Shown: in pieces, positions 10,066 to 18,421 of the stretch | Layout: every line of letters begins with the position of its first letter | Numbering within the stretch: position 1 is the stretch's first letter | Assembly (NCBI GenBank): GCA_030429975.1 | Contig: JAUIGB010000001.1 | Location: 44,190 to 108,189, forward strand | Direction: 5' to 3' | Origin: a bacterium | GTDB taxonomy: Bacteria; Patescibacteriota; Saccharimonadia; Saccharimonadales; Saccharimonadaceae | DNA: 64,000 nt | Translations under genes and position numbers: made by a program | The notes under the pieces: generated by a model | What the model saw: the letters and a program-made list of their open reading frames with translations, nothing else | Databases searched by the model: none | Told to the model about the DNA's origin: nothing

Positions 10066-10638
10066 TCAGAGCTTGGCTACAACTTGAGGAACCTGTAGAA
10101 AATCATCTATTAACGTCTGACGCATACCGCCGTTATAAAGCGCCGCCGCCGGATGATACAGGGGTATTATTACTAACTTATCATCACCAAACTGTATGCG
10201 CTTTGCCTGTCCATGTATTTGGCTGATTTTCATATCTGGCAAAAAGTATTCCATGCTATGCCTGCCGAGTGTAATTACCACTTTGGGTTGGATTATTTGT
10301 AATTGCTTTAATAAATACGGCCAAAAAGCCTTTTTTTCCTCTGGCAAAGGGTCGCGGTTATTTGGCGGACGGTATTTTACGATGTTCGTTATAAACACGT
10401 CGCTTCTATCCATATCGGCGGCGGCCAACATTTCGTTGAGGAATTTTCCTGCGGCGCCCACGAATGGCAGGCCTTGCTCATCTTCCTTTTTACCAGGCGC
10501 CTCGCCGATAAACACGATGTCCGCATCGATATTCCCATCCCCCATAACTAGATTCGTTGCGCCAGACGCTAATTCTGGACAAATATTATTATCCAAAATC
10601 GCCTGGCGCACCTTGTCCAAATCTGCCTGTTTTCCCAT
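10066..10638 (-). CDS. Uracil-DNA glycosylase, family 4
   Basis: GEAPGKKEDEQGLPFVGAAGKFL motif. Start moved to ATG 10638 (MGKQADL) because the longer track ORF overlaps the upstream pilin gene. Confidence 0.8.
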   Translation of the reverse strand: MGKQADLDKVRQAILDNNICPELASGATNLVMGDGNIDADIVFIGEAPGKKEDEQGLPFVGAAGKFLNEMLAAADMDRSDVFITNIVKYRPPNNRDPLPEEKKAFWPYLLKQLQIIQPKVVITLGRHSMEYFLPDMKISQIHGQAKRIQFGDDKLVIIPLYHPAAALYNGGMRQTLIDDFLQVPQVVAKL

Positions 10639-10663
10639 ATTCCAATAGTATAGCAGGCAAATA

Positions 10664-11284
10664 CTATGCGCCGGCTGGTGGCGTCTCGTTGCACGAGGTA
10701 ATATTTGTATACGTAACGGAGCGTTTATAGTAATCGTTATTGATGTTATAGCTTCCACCACCAATGTTCACGTGATTACATAGATAATATTGTGGCGAAT
10801 GTGTGGTTTCTCGAAAGCCCAAACGACGATAGCCCGTATCGGTAGATGGAGATGGCAGCACGTTCCAGGCGCTCAACACGTAATCGGTGCCGTTACTCAT
10901 GTACATATAGCACCCCGTGCCATTACCTATTCCGCCTAATTCCTGATCACTCTGCGGTAGGCTCACGCCCAAACCGGGTACCCATTGCGCCGTGACGGTC
11001 CCAGATGCCAAAGGACAGTTAGAATCCATATAAACGGTGCCGCCCGAACCCATACTGCCTCCTGTTACGGGATAGCTACCGTTTTGCACTTCATACAACA
11101 GGATTTGTTTATTAACCGCCGACATATCCTGCTGGACTTTCGATATCCTAGCCGAAGCCGTGATACCGTTATACGCGACAATTACGATAGCAGCTAGTAC
11201 ACCGATCACGACTACGACTATTAGCAATTCGACAATTGTGAATCCACGCTCATTTCTAGCGTTTTCTTTCATATTTATCAGCAC
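10664..11284 (-). CDS. Type IV pilin-like protein (prepilin N-terminal methylation motif)
   Basis: Leader ...NERG|FTIVELLIVVVVIGVLAAIVIVAYNGIT with G-1, F+1 and E+5. Confidence 0.85.
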   Translation of the reverse strand: MLINMKENARNERGFTIVELLIVVVVIGVLAAIVIVAYNGITASARISKVQQDMSAVNKQILLYEVQNGSYPVTGGSMGSGGTVYMDSNCPLASGTVTAQWVPGLGVSLPQSDQELGGIGNGTGCYMYMSNGTDYVLSAWNVLPSPSTDTGYRRLGFRETTHSPQYYLCNHVNIGGGSYNINNDYYKRSVTYTNITSCNETPPAGA

Positions 11285-11760
11285 CCTGCCGATGCTTTTG
11301 TACTGACGTGTAGCCCAACATCATCCGTACCACCGTTGACACCGTCAGGACCAACGCTCTCTATATACGTATTCGCGCCGGCAGCCGAAGCCGTATTACA
11401 ATCATTGTCATCATAACCCCAGCAATTACCCCACGGATCCTCGCTCCTGAATCCCGTATAACCTGCGGAGTTCAAAGCGGCCACTACAGCATCGAACCTA
11501 GAGCAATCCGGTGGATCGGTATTATAGTTCCACGAGTCACCAGTCGGTGGCAACTCACCATAAACCACTTTGTATGCCAACATCGCTTTTTTGAAGTTAG
11601 ATAGTTCGGAATTTGCCTGGGCAACCCTAGCTTGTTCCGTAATTCCGTTATAGGCAACAATTACGATAGCGGCCAGCACACCAATTACAACGACCACTAT
11701 TAATAGCTCGACTATCGTAAAGCCACGCATGTTCGCCCACGAAACGCTCGTGCTTTTCAT
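11278..11760 (-). CDS. Type IV pilin
   Basis: Leader ...NMRG|FTIVELLIVVVVIGVLAAIVIVAYNGIT. C-terminal Cys residues. Overlaps the downstream pilin gene by 7 nt. Confidence 0.85.
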   Translation of the reverse strand: MKSTSVSWANMRGFTIVELLIVVVVIGVLAAIVIVAYNGITEQARVAQANSELSNFKKAMLAYKVVYGELPPTGDSWNYNTDPPDCSRFDAVVAALNSAGYTGFRSEDPWGNCWGYDDNDCNTASAAGANTYIESVGPDGVNGGTDDVGLHVSTKASAGC

Positions 11761-11803
11761 AGCTTAAGTATAACAAAGGTTCGCAAACAGAGAAACTTGA
11801 TAT

Positions 11804-13918
11804 CTATTCAGCGTCTTTTAGCGATAGGCTCAGTCGTCCGCGGTCGTCGATTTCCATCAACTTAACTTTGACTTCCTGGCCTTCCTTCAGAACGTCTTCT
11901 ACCTTTTCTACGCGCTGGTCGGAAAGTTTGCTTATGTGAACCATTCCGTCGATTCCAGGCATGATGTTCACGAATGCACCGAACTCTTTGATCGTTACGA
12001 CTTTACCGGTGTAAGTTTTACCTACTTCTGGTTCTTCCGTTAGACCTTTAATCCACTCTAGTGCCTTTTCGATACTCTCGCCGTTTGCAGACGCAACGGT
12101 TATTAGTCCGTCATCCTTGATATCGATTTCGGCGCCAGTTTCCTTGGTGATCTTGTTGATAGTTTCGCCACCTTTACCGATTACTGCACCAATTTTATCT
12201 GGGTTAATCATTATCTTTTCAATCCTCGGAGCATATGGGCTCATCTTTTCACGAGGTTCAGACATAGTCTCTAGCATATGACTTAGGATATGCTCGCGAC
12301 CTGGTTTTGCTGCCTCTATTGCTTGGCGCAAAATCTCTACGGGCAGACCATGTACTTTCATATCCATCTGCATTGCGGTCACGCCGTTTTTGGTACCAGT
12401 AACCTTGAAATCCATATCACCAGCAAAATCTTCGGCATCGGCAATATCAGACAAAACGTACGGAGTCTCGCCATCCATCATCAGACCCATCGCAATACCG
12501 CTAACCGGACTACTGATTGGCACACCGGCGTCCATCAACGCCAGGCATGAGCTACATGTGGCAGCCATCGACGTCGAACCGTTTTGGCTCATGATTTCCG
12601 TAACGGAACGAATGGTATACGGAAAATCCTCGACGCTAGGCAGAACAGGAATCAAAGCACGTTCTGCTAGGTACCCGTGACCTATTTCACGTCGCCCAGG
12701 ACTACCCAAGCGCTTTACCTCACCCACTGTATAACCAGGAGCGTTGTAATGGTGCATATATGTTCGCTCGAAGTCAGTCTGCTCCATAGTGTCAACTATT
12801 TGGGCGTAACTAAGAGGGGCCAGCGTAACAATATTCATACCCTGCGTGACGCCACGAGTAAAGATGCTAGATCCATGCGCGCGTGGCAAAACGCCGACTT
12901 CACTAGATAATGGTCGTATTTCGTCCAAGGCACGTCCGTCTGGTCGCTTTTTCAGTTCTACGATGCCCTTACGAACGTCCTCATGTAAGGCCTTCGTGAA
13001 GGCTTCGTCATACTCATCACGCAAATCAGCGTATTCTTCTTCGCCAACTTGCTTGGCCATTTCTTCATGGAATTCCCAACGGATATTATTTACCAACTCA
13101 TTACGCTCTGGATATGGCTTGTGTAGCGCTTCACCTAGTTTTCCTGCAGTCCACTGGTTAGCGGCCTTTTGAATATCTTCGTCTGGCAAAACTAACTCAT
13201 ATTCTTGTGCAACAGGTTTTACTTTTTCTACTAACTCACGTTGCAACTGAATTGCAGGCTGATACTGTTCAAACGCCCACGCCAATCCATCGGCGATTAC
13301 GTCTTCGGACACTTCGTTGGCACCCGCCTCCACCATAGTAATGCCACGTTCTATACCAGCAACTACTAGATCTAGGTCGCTTGCTTCGCGCTCTTCTGGC
13401 GTCAGAAACGCCTTGAACTCACCGTTTACGCGGCCTACGCGTAAACCAGCGACAGGACCGTCAAAAGGCGTTCCAGTCAGCATTAATGCACTAGATGCTG
13501 CGATCATTGCAACCATGTCCGGTCGGAAGTTTGGATCCATTGACATGACGCTAGCAACCACCTGAACTTCTTGGCGGTAACCTTTTGGAAATAGTGGTCG
13601 AATTGGTCGATCGATAATACGACCGATTAGAATAGCTTCATCGGATGGACGACCTTCTCGCTTGATAAAACGGCTACCGCTGATTTTTCCAGAAGCATAA
13701 AACTTTTCCTCGTAATCGACGCTCAGTGGAAAATAATCCAGCACAACCGGTCGTGTACCTACCTGTGCGGTACCTAACACTACGGTGTCACCATATGTTA
13801 CTAGAACACTGGCTGTAGAGCGGAAGCCTACACGGTTTACCTCTAAAGTTAGCTCTTTGCCCGCAAGTTGCGTGCTCACCTTGATAATATCCTTGCCATG
13901 AGGATTAATTATTGACAT
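11804..13918 (-). CDS. pnp: Polyribonucleotide nucleotidyltransferase (PNPase)
   Basis: 704 aa with two RNase PH domains, KH (GKGGETINKI) and S1 (GKVVTIKEFGAFV). SD AAGGAG upstream. Confidence 0.95.
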   Translation of the reverse strand: MSIINPHGKDIIKVSTQLAGKELTLEVNRVGFRSTASVLVTYGDTVVLGTAQVGTRPVVLDYFPLSVDYEEKFYASGKISGSRFIKREGRPSDEAILIGRIIDRPIRPLFPKGYRQEVQVVASVMSMDPNFRPDMVAMIAASSALMLTGTPFDGPVAGLRVGRVNGEFKAFLTPEEREASDLDLVVAGIERGITMVEAGANEVSEDVIADGLAWAFEQYQPAIQLQRELVEKVKPVAQEYELVLPDEDIQKAANQWTAGKLGEALHKPYPERNELVNNIRWEFHEEMAKQVGEEEYADLRDEYDEAFTKALHEDVRKGIVELKKRPDGRALDEIRPLSSEVGVLPRAHGSSIFTRGVTQGMNIVTLAPLSYAQIVDTMEQTDFERTYMHHYNAPGYTVGEVKRLGSPGRREIGHGYLAERALIPVLPSVEDFPYTIRSVTEIMSQNGSTSMAATCSSCLALMDAGVPISSPVSGIAMGLMMDGETPYVLSDIADAEDFAGDMDFKVTGTKNGVTAMQMDMKVHGLPVEILRQAIEAAKPGREHILSHMLETMSEPREKMSPYAPRIEKIMINPDKIGAVIGKGGETINKITKETGAEIDIKDDGLITVASANGESIEKALEWIKGLTEEPEVGKTYTGKVVTIKEFGAFVNIMPGIDGMVHISKLSDQRVEKVEDVLKEGQEVKVKLMEIDDRGRLSLSLKDAE

Positions 13919-14050
13919 GTTTTCTCCTTACTCACTCTTTGTTAGGGCGACTAAGTAACGGGTACAGAAGTTCGTCCGAAGTCCTATATCCACCACTTAC
14001 ATCGCGTGAGTGATATGCATATTATACCTTAAAGTTGTATAATTTTATAC

Positions 14051-14722
14051 ATGAAACTAGATATCTTTACCTCAACCGTATCAGATGGCTCCATGAAATC
14101 AAAGGATGGCGATCAATCAGTAGCACAAACAAATCGAACTAATTTTTTACAAAAAAACGGACTATCGCCAGAAAACACCACCCTACACACGCTTAGTTAT
14201 GGCGGTGATGATTACTGTCGATACCTAGAGCTGACAGACGAATTGAAGGGTGATGGGATACTGCGTAACTCGACCATAGACGCCGATGCCGTGGTCGTAA
14301 CAAAACCAGAGCATGCCGTACTACTGCCTCTTGGCGACTGTGTCGGCGCTGTTATTCACGACACGTACCAAAATATCGTGATGGTTTCACACCTTGGTAG
14401 GCAAAATCTAGAGCAACACGGCGGCACCAAATGCATAAAACACCTTGTAGAGAAATACAATGTTAACCCCAATAATCTAACCGCTTGGTTGTCTCCGGCT
14501 GCGGGCAAAGATAACTATCCTATGGAAGCTTTTGATGGTCGTGGCCTACAGGATGTCGCAATGGAACAACTATTAAATGCAGGTATCCCGCCTACAAGCA
14601 TCAGTATCACGAAAGACGATACAACCACTGACGCCAACTACTTTTCACATAGCGAATTTCTAAAAGGCCACCGCCCCGAAGACGGACGTTTTTGTATAGT
14701 AGCCGTTATGCATGAAGATTAA
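14051..14722 (+). CDS. Laccase-domain / PgeF (YfiH, DUF152)-like protein
   Basis: 223 aa. DAVVVTK...LPLGDCVGAVIHD...VSHLGRQ and C-terminal NYFSHSEF resemble the DUF152 Cys/His motifs. Confidence 0.55.
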   Translation: MKLDIFTSTVSDGSMKSKDGDQSVAQTNRTNFLQKNGLSPENTTLHTLSYGGDDYCRYLELTDELKGDGILRNSTIDADAVVVTKPEHAVLLPLGDCVGAVIHDTYQNIVMVSHLGRQNLEQHGGTKCIKHLVEKYNVNPNNLTAWLSPAAGKDNYPMEAFDGRGLQDVAMEQLLNAGIPPTSISITKDDTTTDANYFSHSEFLKGHRPEDGRFCIVAVMHED

Positions 14723-16104
14723 CGCCAGCTAGGCAGCCACATGTAGCGTTCTAGTTCGACCAGCGTCAATGGCCATCCATAAAACACGGGCAAAAAGTAC
14801 AAAAAGCTAGCGAACACGATTATAGCTATAGCCCAATACACATGATTGGCCAGCCTTTTACCCTTCCGCTTCGCCAACTCATCTAGCAATATTCCTCCCA
14901 GCACGCAAGAGATTAATATCGCGAAAAGTAACGCGAAAAAGTAATGATACAAGAACATCGGTCGATTTATCAGTGCGAACGGCAAAAGATTTACTGCATA
15001 TCCCGCAACGAGAAAAAGTAGAACTCTTCGTCTGCGTCGAATTAACCTATGCCCCAAGGCCAGCATCGCTACCGCCGTCAAAACCATGCTCGTAGTTCCC
15101 CACCAAACCACAGGATTGCCCAACAGATATATATGGCCCTGCTTGCCATTAACCTCATCTCCCTGCCAGTAATATACAGTCCTGGCCATCATGGGCCACG
15201 TAAACCATTTGGACGAGTATGGGTGCCCTACGGCCTCTAGCGAACTCTGTGAGCCATACATGACTCCATTTGTTTCTATCAATTTGTCCCAATAATTAGC
15301 CGGTCGCAACACGTCGTGATAGCGATTACCAACCAGCGTGGATTGGAAATGAATCGACATGAAACTATCGCCTTCGCCACTTTTTGGCAAGAGCGCAAAG
15401 TGCAGAGCGAAGCAACTGGCGTAAATTGCCGCGACTACGCCCGCGACTACGGCAAACTCCGCTAGCATACTTTTCCATTTGCTTTTATGTAGTATCCCTT
15501 CAACCAACCATGCAAGTGCCAGAACAAATATCACAGCTAGGCCCGACCACTTGGTGCTAGCGACTACGCCCGCGCACGCGGACAACGCGATCAACCATGC
15601 CCACCTCACTGAACCTTCGGCTTTGCGCATCGCCAAATAACAACTGACTGCGCCCAGTCCAAACAACAACAACATACTGTCCATCAGCACAAACCGTGAT
15701 TCTACCAGTAACGCGCCGTCCAACAGCACCAGTAACCCTCCTAGAGTGGCCATATGCCTGCTAGCGCCTAGCTGACGCACGATAATATAAACCAATGGGA
15801 CTAACAGCGCCCCGGCCAAGGCAGGTAATATACGTAAAGCCGTAGTTGCCTCGTCACCCGAAGCAATCTGCTCTGGCGTAAATCCAAATATTCCGCCTAT
15901 ACCCGCTACCAACAGCTTGACGAGGGGCGGATGGATATCCATAAAATACTGTCCACTCAGGTAATTCGAAGCGAACTCACGAAAATACACTTCGTCAAAA
16001 ACTATGTCATTCGGATAGCCCAGGTTCCAAAGCCTAGTAAACAGGGCTGCCAAGGTCAACACCCAAACCTCCGGATATCTAGCTATCCTATGCCACCATT
16101 TCAT
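14719..16104 (-). CDS. PMT-family (GT39-like) dolichyl/polyprenyl-phosphate-mannose protein mannosyltransferase
   Basis: 461 aa, polytopic. N-terminal loop IVFDEVYFREFASNYLSGQYFMDIHPPLVKLL carries the DE motif typical of PMT enzymes. Confidence 0.7.
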   Translation of the reverse strand: MKWWHRIARYPEVWVLTLAALFTRLWNLGYPNDIVFDEVYFREFASNYLSGQYFMDIHPPLVKLLVAGIGGIFGFTPEQIASGDEATTALRILPALAGALLVPLVYIIVRQLGASRHMATLGGLLVLLDGALLVESRFVLMDSMLLLFGLGAVSCYLAMRKAEGSVRWAWLIALSACAGVVASTKWSGLAVIFVLALAWLVEGILHKSKWKSMLAEFAVVAGVVAAIYASCFALHFALLPKSGEGDSFMSIHFQSTLVGNRYHDVLRPANYWDKLIETNGVMYGSQSSLEAVGHPYSSKWFTWPMMARTVYYWQGDEVNGKQGHIYLLGNPVVWWGTTSMVLTAVAMLALGHRLIRRRRRVLLFLVAGYAVNLLPFALINRPMFLYHYFFALLFAILISCVLGGILLDELAKRKGKRLANHVYWAIAIIVFASFLYFLPVFYGWPLTLVELERYMWLPSWR

Positions 16105-16120
16105 GTATATATTTTACATC

Positions 16121-16146
16121 AAATAAAAACGGCCCCGTGGGGCCGC
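16121..16146 (-). terminator. Rho-independent terminator of rpsO
   Basis: Minus strand GGCCCCacGGGGCC followed by GTTTTTATTT. Confidence 0.75.
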
Positions 16147-16152
16147 CAATAT

Positions 16153-16419
16153 TTATTTACGTAGTCCGAGATGGGAAATTAGGGACTTGTATCCTTCAAA
16201 ATCTTTCTTTTCTAGATATCCCAGCAATTTTTTGCGCTTGCCAACCATCTGAATCAAGCCTCTTCGTGCTTTGTGGTCTTGTTTGTGAACCTGTAGATGT
16301 TCTGTAATTTCCTTGATACGAGCGGTCAATACAGAAACTTGAACCTGGGCACTGCCAACGTCCTGCTTGCTCTTTTGTACACTCGAAATCGCCTTGGATT
16401 TGTTGTCTTTTGTAATCAT
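16153..16419 (-). CDS. rpsO: 30S ribosomal protein S15
   Basis: 88 aa. HLQVHKQDHKARRGLIQMVGKRKKLLGYL is the S15 signature region. Confidence 0.95.
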   Translation of the reverse strand: MITKDNKSKAISSVQKSKQDVGSAQVQVSVLTARIKEITEHLQVHKQDHKARRGLIQMVGKRKKLLGYLEKKDFEGYKSLISHLGLRK

Positions 16420-16461
16420 CAGTAGTGTATTGTAGCAGATAATCAGAGGTAATGCAAGGGG

Positions 16462-17121
16462 TCAATCGGAGACACCGAAATCGGCCAGGGTCTGTGCGTT
16501 CGACACGCTCCAGTCCGCTATCGAAATACGCCTCAGCTCCGTGCAATATCCGCCGGTGCCCAAATTTTTGCCAATATCGTTCGCCAGGCTTCGTATATAC
16601 GTCCCGCTACTGACATTCGTGCGAATCTTTACGTTTGGGTATATATATTCCACTAATTCCAACGAGTGAATCGTGACTTTGCGTGACGGTATTTCCACTT
16701 CCTTACCCTGCCTAGCCAAGTCGTATGCCCTCTTCCCGTCGATTTTTATCGCGCTATGCATGGGCGGAGTCTGTTCTATCACCCCAGTGAATTCATCTAA
16801 AACCTTTCGCAATTCATCATTGCTTGGCCGGCTGTCACTGACGTCGGTTATTTCGCCCTCGGGATCACTTGTAGTGCTACTTTGCCCCAGTCGCACAGTT
16901 GCCTCGTAAACCTTGTCACGCTTCATATAATCACCGGCATTTCGGCATTCCTTGCCCACGCACAGTATCAAAAGCCCTGTCGCGAACGGATCTAGCGTCC
17001 CACAGTGACCCACCTTAACTTTTTTGCCAGCGCGCTCCGAAAGTACTCGCCTGACACGCGCCACCACGCCAAAACTAGTCATCCCAGCAGGCTTGTCAAT
17101 CAAAATAATTCCATCGGTCAT
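16462..17121 (-). CDS. truB: tRNA pseudouridine(55) synthase
   Basis: 219 aa with GHCGTLDPFATGLLILCVG (catalytic Asp motif). Confidence 0.9.
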   Translation of the reverse strand: MTDGIILIDKPAGMTSFGVVARVRRVLSERAGKKVKVGHCGTLDPFATGLLILCVGKECRNAGDYMKRDKVYEATVRLGQSSTTSDPEGEITDVSDSRPSNDELRKVLDEFTGVIEQTPPMHSAIKIDGKRAYDLARQGKEVEIPSRKVTIHSLELVEYIYPNVKIRTNVSSGTYIRSLANDIGKNLGTGGYCTELRRISIADWSVSNAQTLADFGVSD

Positions 17122-17181
17122 TGTGGTTGATTATAACCTTTTTCATTCCCACAAGTCCTACTGTGAGAAAAAGTTCAATAT

Positions 17182-17206
17182 AAAAATACCCTCAAAGGGT
17201 ATTTTT
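17182..17206. terminator. Bidirectional hairpin terminator downstream of the 17223-17855 gene
   Basis: AAAAATACCCTcaaAGGGTATTTTT. Confidence 0.7.
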
Positions 17207-17222
17207 ATATGAGCATTTCTTG

Positions 17223-17855
17223 TTATTTAGTTACTTCAAGTACTTTGAAGGTTGCCTTCTTCAATGCGTCAACCTTACCCGATTCTACATATTCAAAAGC
17301 TGTTTCTTTAATACTTTGACCAGCCCCAAGATCCGAAACGTATATTACATCGTCGGCTATACGCGCCCCGTCTTTGTCAACCGCCTCGATTTTAACAGAA
17401 TAGCTGGCCTTTTCAGATGACTTGTTTTTGATAGTAACTGGCAGTTTTGTTTCTTCAAAATATTCGCTTGATGTGACTGAAAACTTACCAATAGTCACAT
17501 CAACGTTGTTCTTTAACAGCTTATCAGTGTTTGTGCCATCATAATCGTTAACCGTTTCGTTAACGGATTTTCCGACTTCATCAACGACCGCACCGTAGAA
17601 CGCCTGTGTTGCTAAAACTACGCCCATTGTAACTAACGATAGAATTATTGTTGCCGTTGCTAAGCCCTGCCCTACACGTTTGCCTTTCTTAATTGCAACA
17701 AAGCCAACAACCCCACAGGCTAAAGCGATAACTGCAAACATGAATGAGAAATTATTTAGTATTGGTATCCAAGAGCCAACAAGGGCAAAAGCAGCTATGT
17801 ATATACCTGCAATTGCTAATCCTGATTTACGTTCTGTTTTATCTTTTTTACTCAT
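17223..17855 (-). CDS. Hypothetical membrane protein (two TM helices + beta-rich ectodomain)
   Basis: 210-aa ORF with SD GGAGG upstream. No catalytic motif recognised. Confidence 0.6.
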   Translation of the reverse strand: MSKKDKTERKSGLAIAGIYIAAFALVGSWIPILNNFSFMFAVIALACGVVGFVAIKKGKRVGQGLATATIILSLVTMGVVLATQAFYGAVVDEVGKSVNETVNDYDGTNTDKLLKNNVDVTIGKFSVTSSEYFEETKLPVTIKNKSSEKASYSVKIEAVDKDGARIADDVIYVSDLGAGQSIKETAFEYVESGKVDALKKATFKVLEVTK

Positions 17856-17892
17856 ACTATTCCTCCGAATAAGTTAATTAATTTCCGTGCCC

Positions 17893-18037
17893 AATAAAAA
17901 AGGACACCGGTGAGGTGTCTTACGCCTATAGCAGCGGGTTTTGCCCAACTGTTTACACACGGTGCCCATTTTATGTGCAAAACCGTGCAGCCACTGCTGA
18001 ACTTTACCACTGCTATTGAATTTATAAAGCGTAAGAC
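17893..18037 (-). promoter_or_regulatory. Candidate cis-regulatory leader (riboswitch- or attenuator-like) ending in an intrinsic terminator
   Basis: Minus-strand -10 TATAAT (18049-18044). A 9-bp closing helix GTCTTACGC (18037-18029) / GCGTAAGAC (17925-17917). AGCAGTGG occurs twice and either copy can pair with CCGCTGCT. Terminator GACACCtcaccGGTGTCCTTTTTT lies about 40 nt before the SD and start codon. Confidence 0.45.
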
Positions 18038-18147
18038 CCTTTCATTATATATGAAAAGTACACCTACGCGAATAATAACCCCGAAGAGCACAGATACCGC
18101 ATCGCTTACACATCAAAAACTAACGATTTACACCTGTAAATAATCAT

Positions 18148-18402
18148 ATGATTTTCCATATGGATATCCATATGGATTCGCGCGATAGCCGACGGGGTCC
18201 GGGGTATCTGCAACGACCGGAGATGGACTGGAGCTTTGATGCTGGCGTGGCGAGGATGTTTGATCCGCCAGCTGGCGGAGAGTTCCGCAGGCACCCAACA
18301 GCAAAGATACAGGTCATCCCCGCGACGTGAAGCCACCCCGGCGGTTTAGCCGCATTTGCCGCCCAAATGCGGTCGGTTTAGTTCTTTGCCGAAACAAAGA
18401 AC
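18148..18402 (+). other. GC-rich element of unknown nature (possible 60-aa ORF 18148-18330 plus two hairpins)
   Basis: 39/60 G+C in line 18241-18300. Perfect 22-nt palindrome 18155-18176. 14-nt palindrome CCGCCAGCTGGCGG (18266-18279). Hairpins at 18350-18372 and 18381-18402. Direct repeat CGGTTTAG at 18342 and 18374. Confidence 0.3.
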
Positions 18403-18415
18403 ATACGGTTATAAT
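18386..18415 (+). promoter_or_regulatory. Promoter of the PIG-L gene (leaderless geometry)
   Basis: TTGCCG, 18-nt spacer, TATAAT (18410-18415), then 6 nt to ATG 18422. No SD. Confidence 0.5.
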
Positions 18416-18421
18416 GGTTAC

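Noticed and set aside
10639-10764. N-terminal extensions in the track ORFs (also 29642-29821, 18356-18421, 62714-62749, 46238-46246, 24019-24075)
   Set aside because: The extensions overlap neighbouring genes, promoters or terminators and lie before the first conserved residues. Internal starts with promoter or SD support were preferred.
16196-16546. 116-aa minus-strand ORF overlapping rpsO and truB
   Set aside because: It is an alternative frame across two well-supported genes and the gap between them. The sequence is not protein-like.
17852-18336. Minus-strand ORFs of 79 aa (17852-18091) and 76 aa (18106-18336)
   Set aside because: The first runs through a promoter, a structured leader and a terminator. 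The second is an R/H/I-rich off-frame translation of the GC-rich element. Neither has an SD or leaderless geometry.
18176-18350. Tested this element and 41861-41985 as tmRNA, RNase P RNA, SRP RNA or 6S RNA
   Set aside because: I found no GGAAAGUCC-type P4 sequence, no tRNA-like T-arm plus ...CCACCA 3' end or GGGG...UUCGAC 5' end, and no SRP helix-8 GGAA tetraloop with AGCAGC. The similarity to the tmRNA 3' end (CCGCCAGCU) stops before the acceptor. The class stays unassigned.
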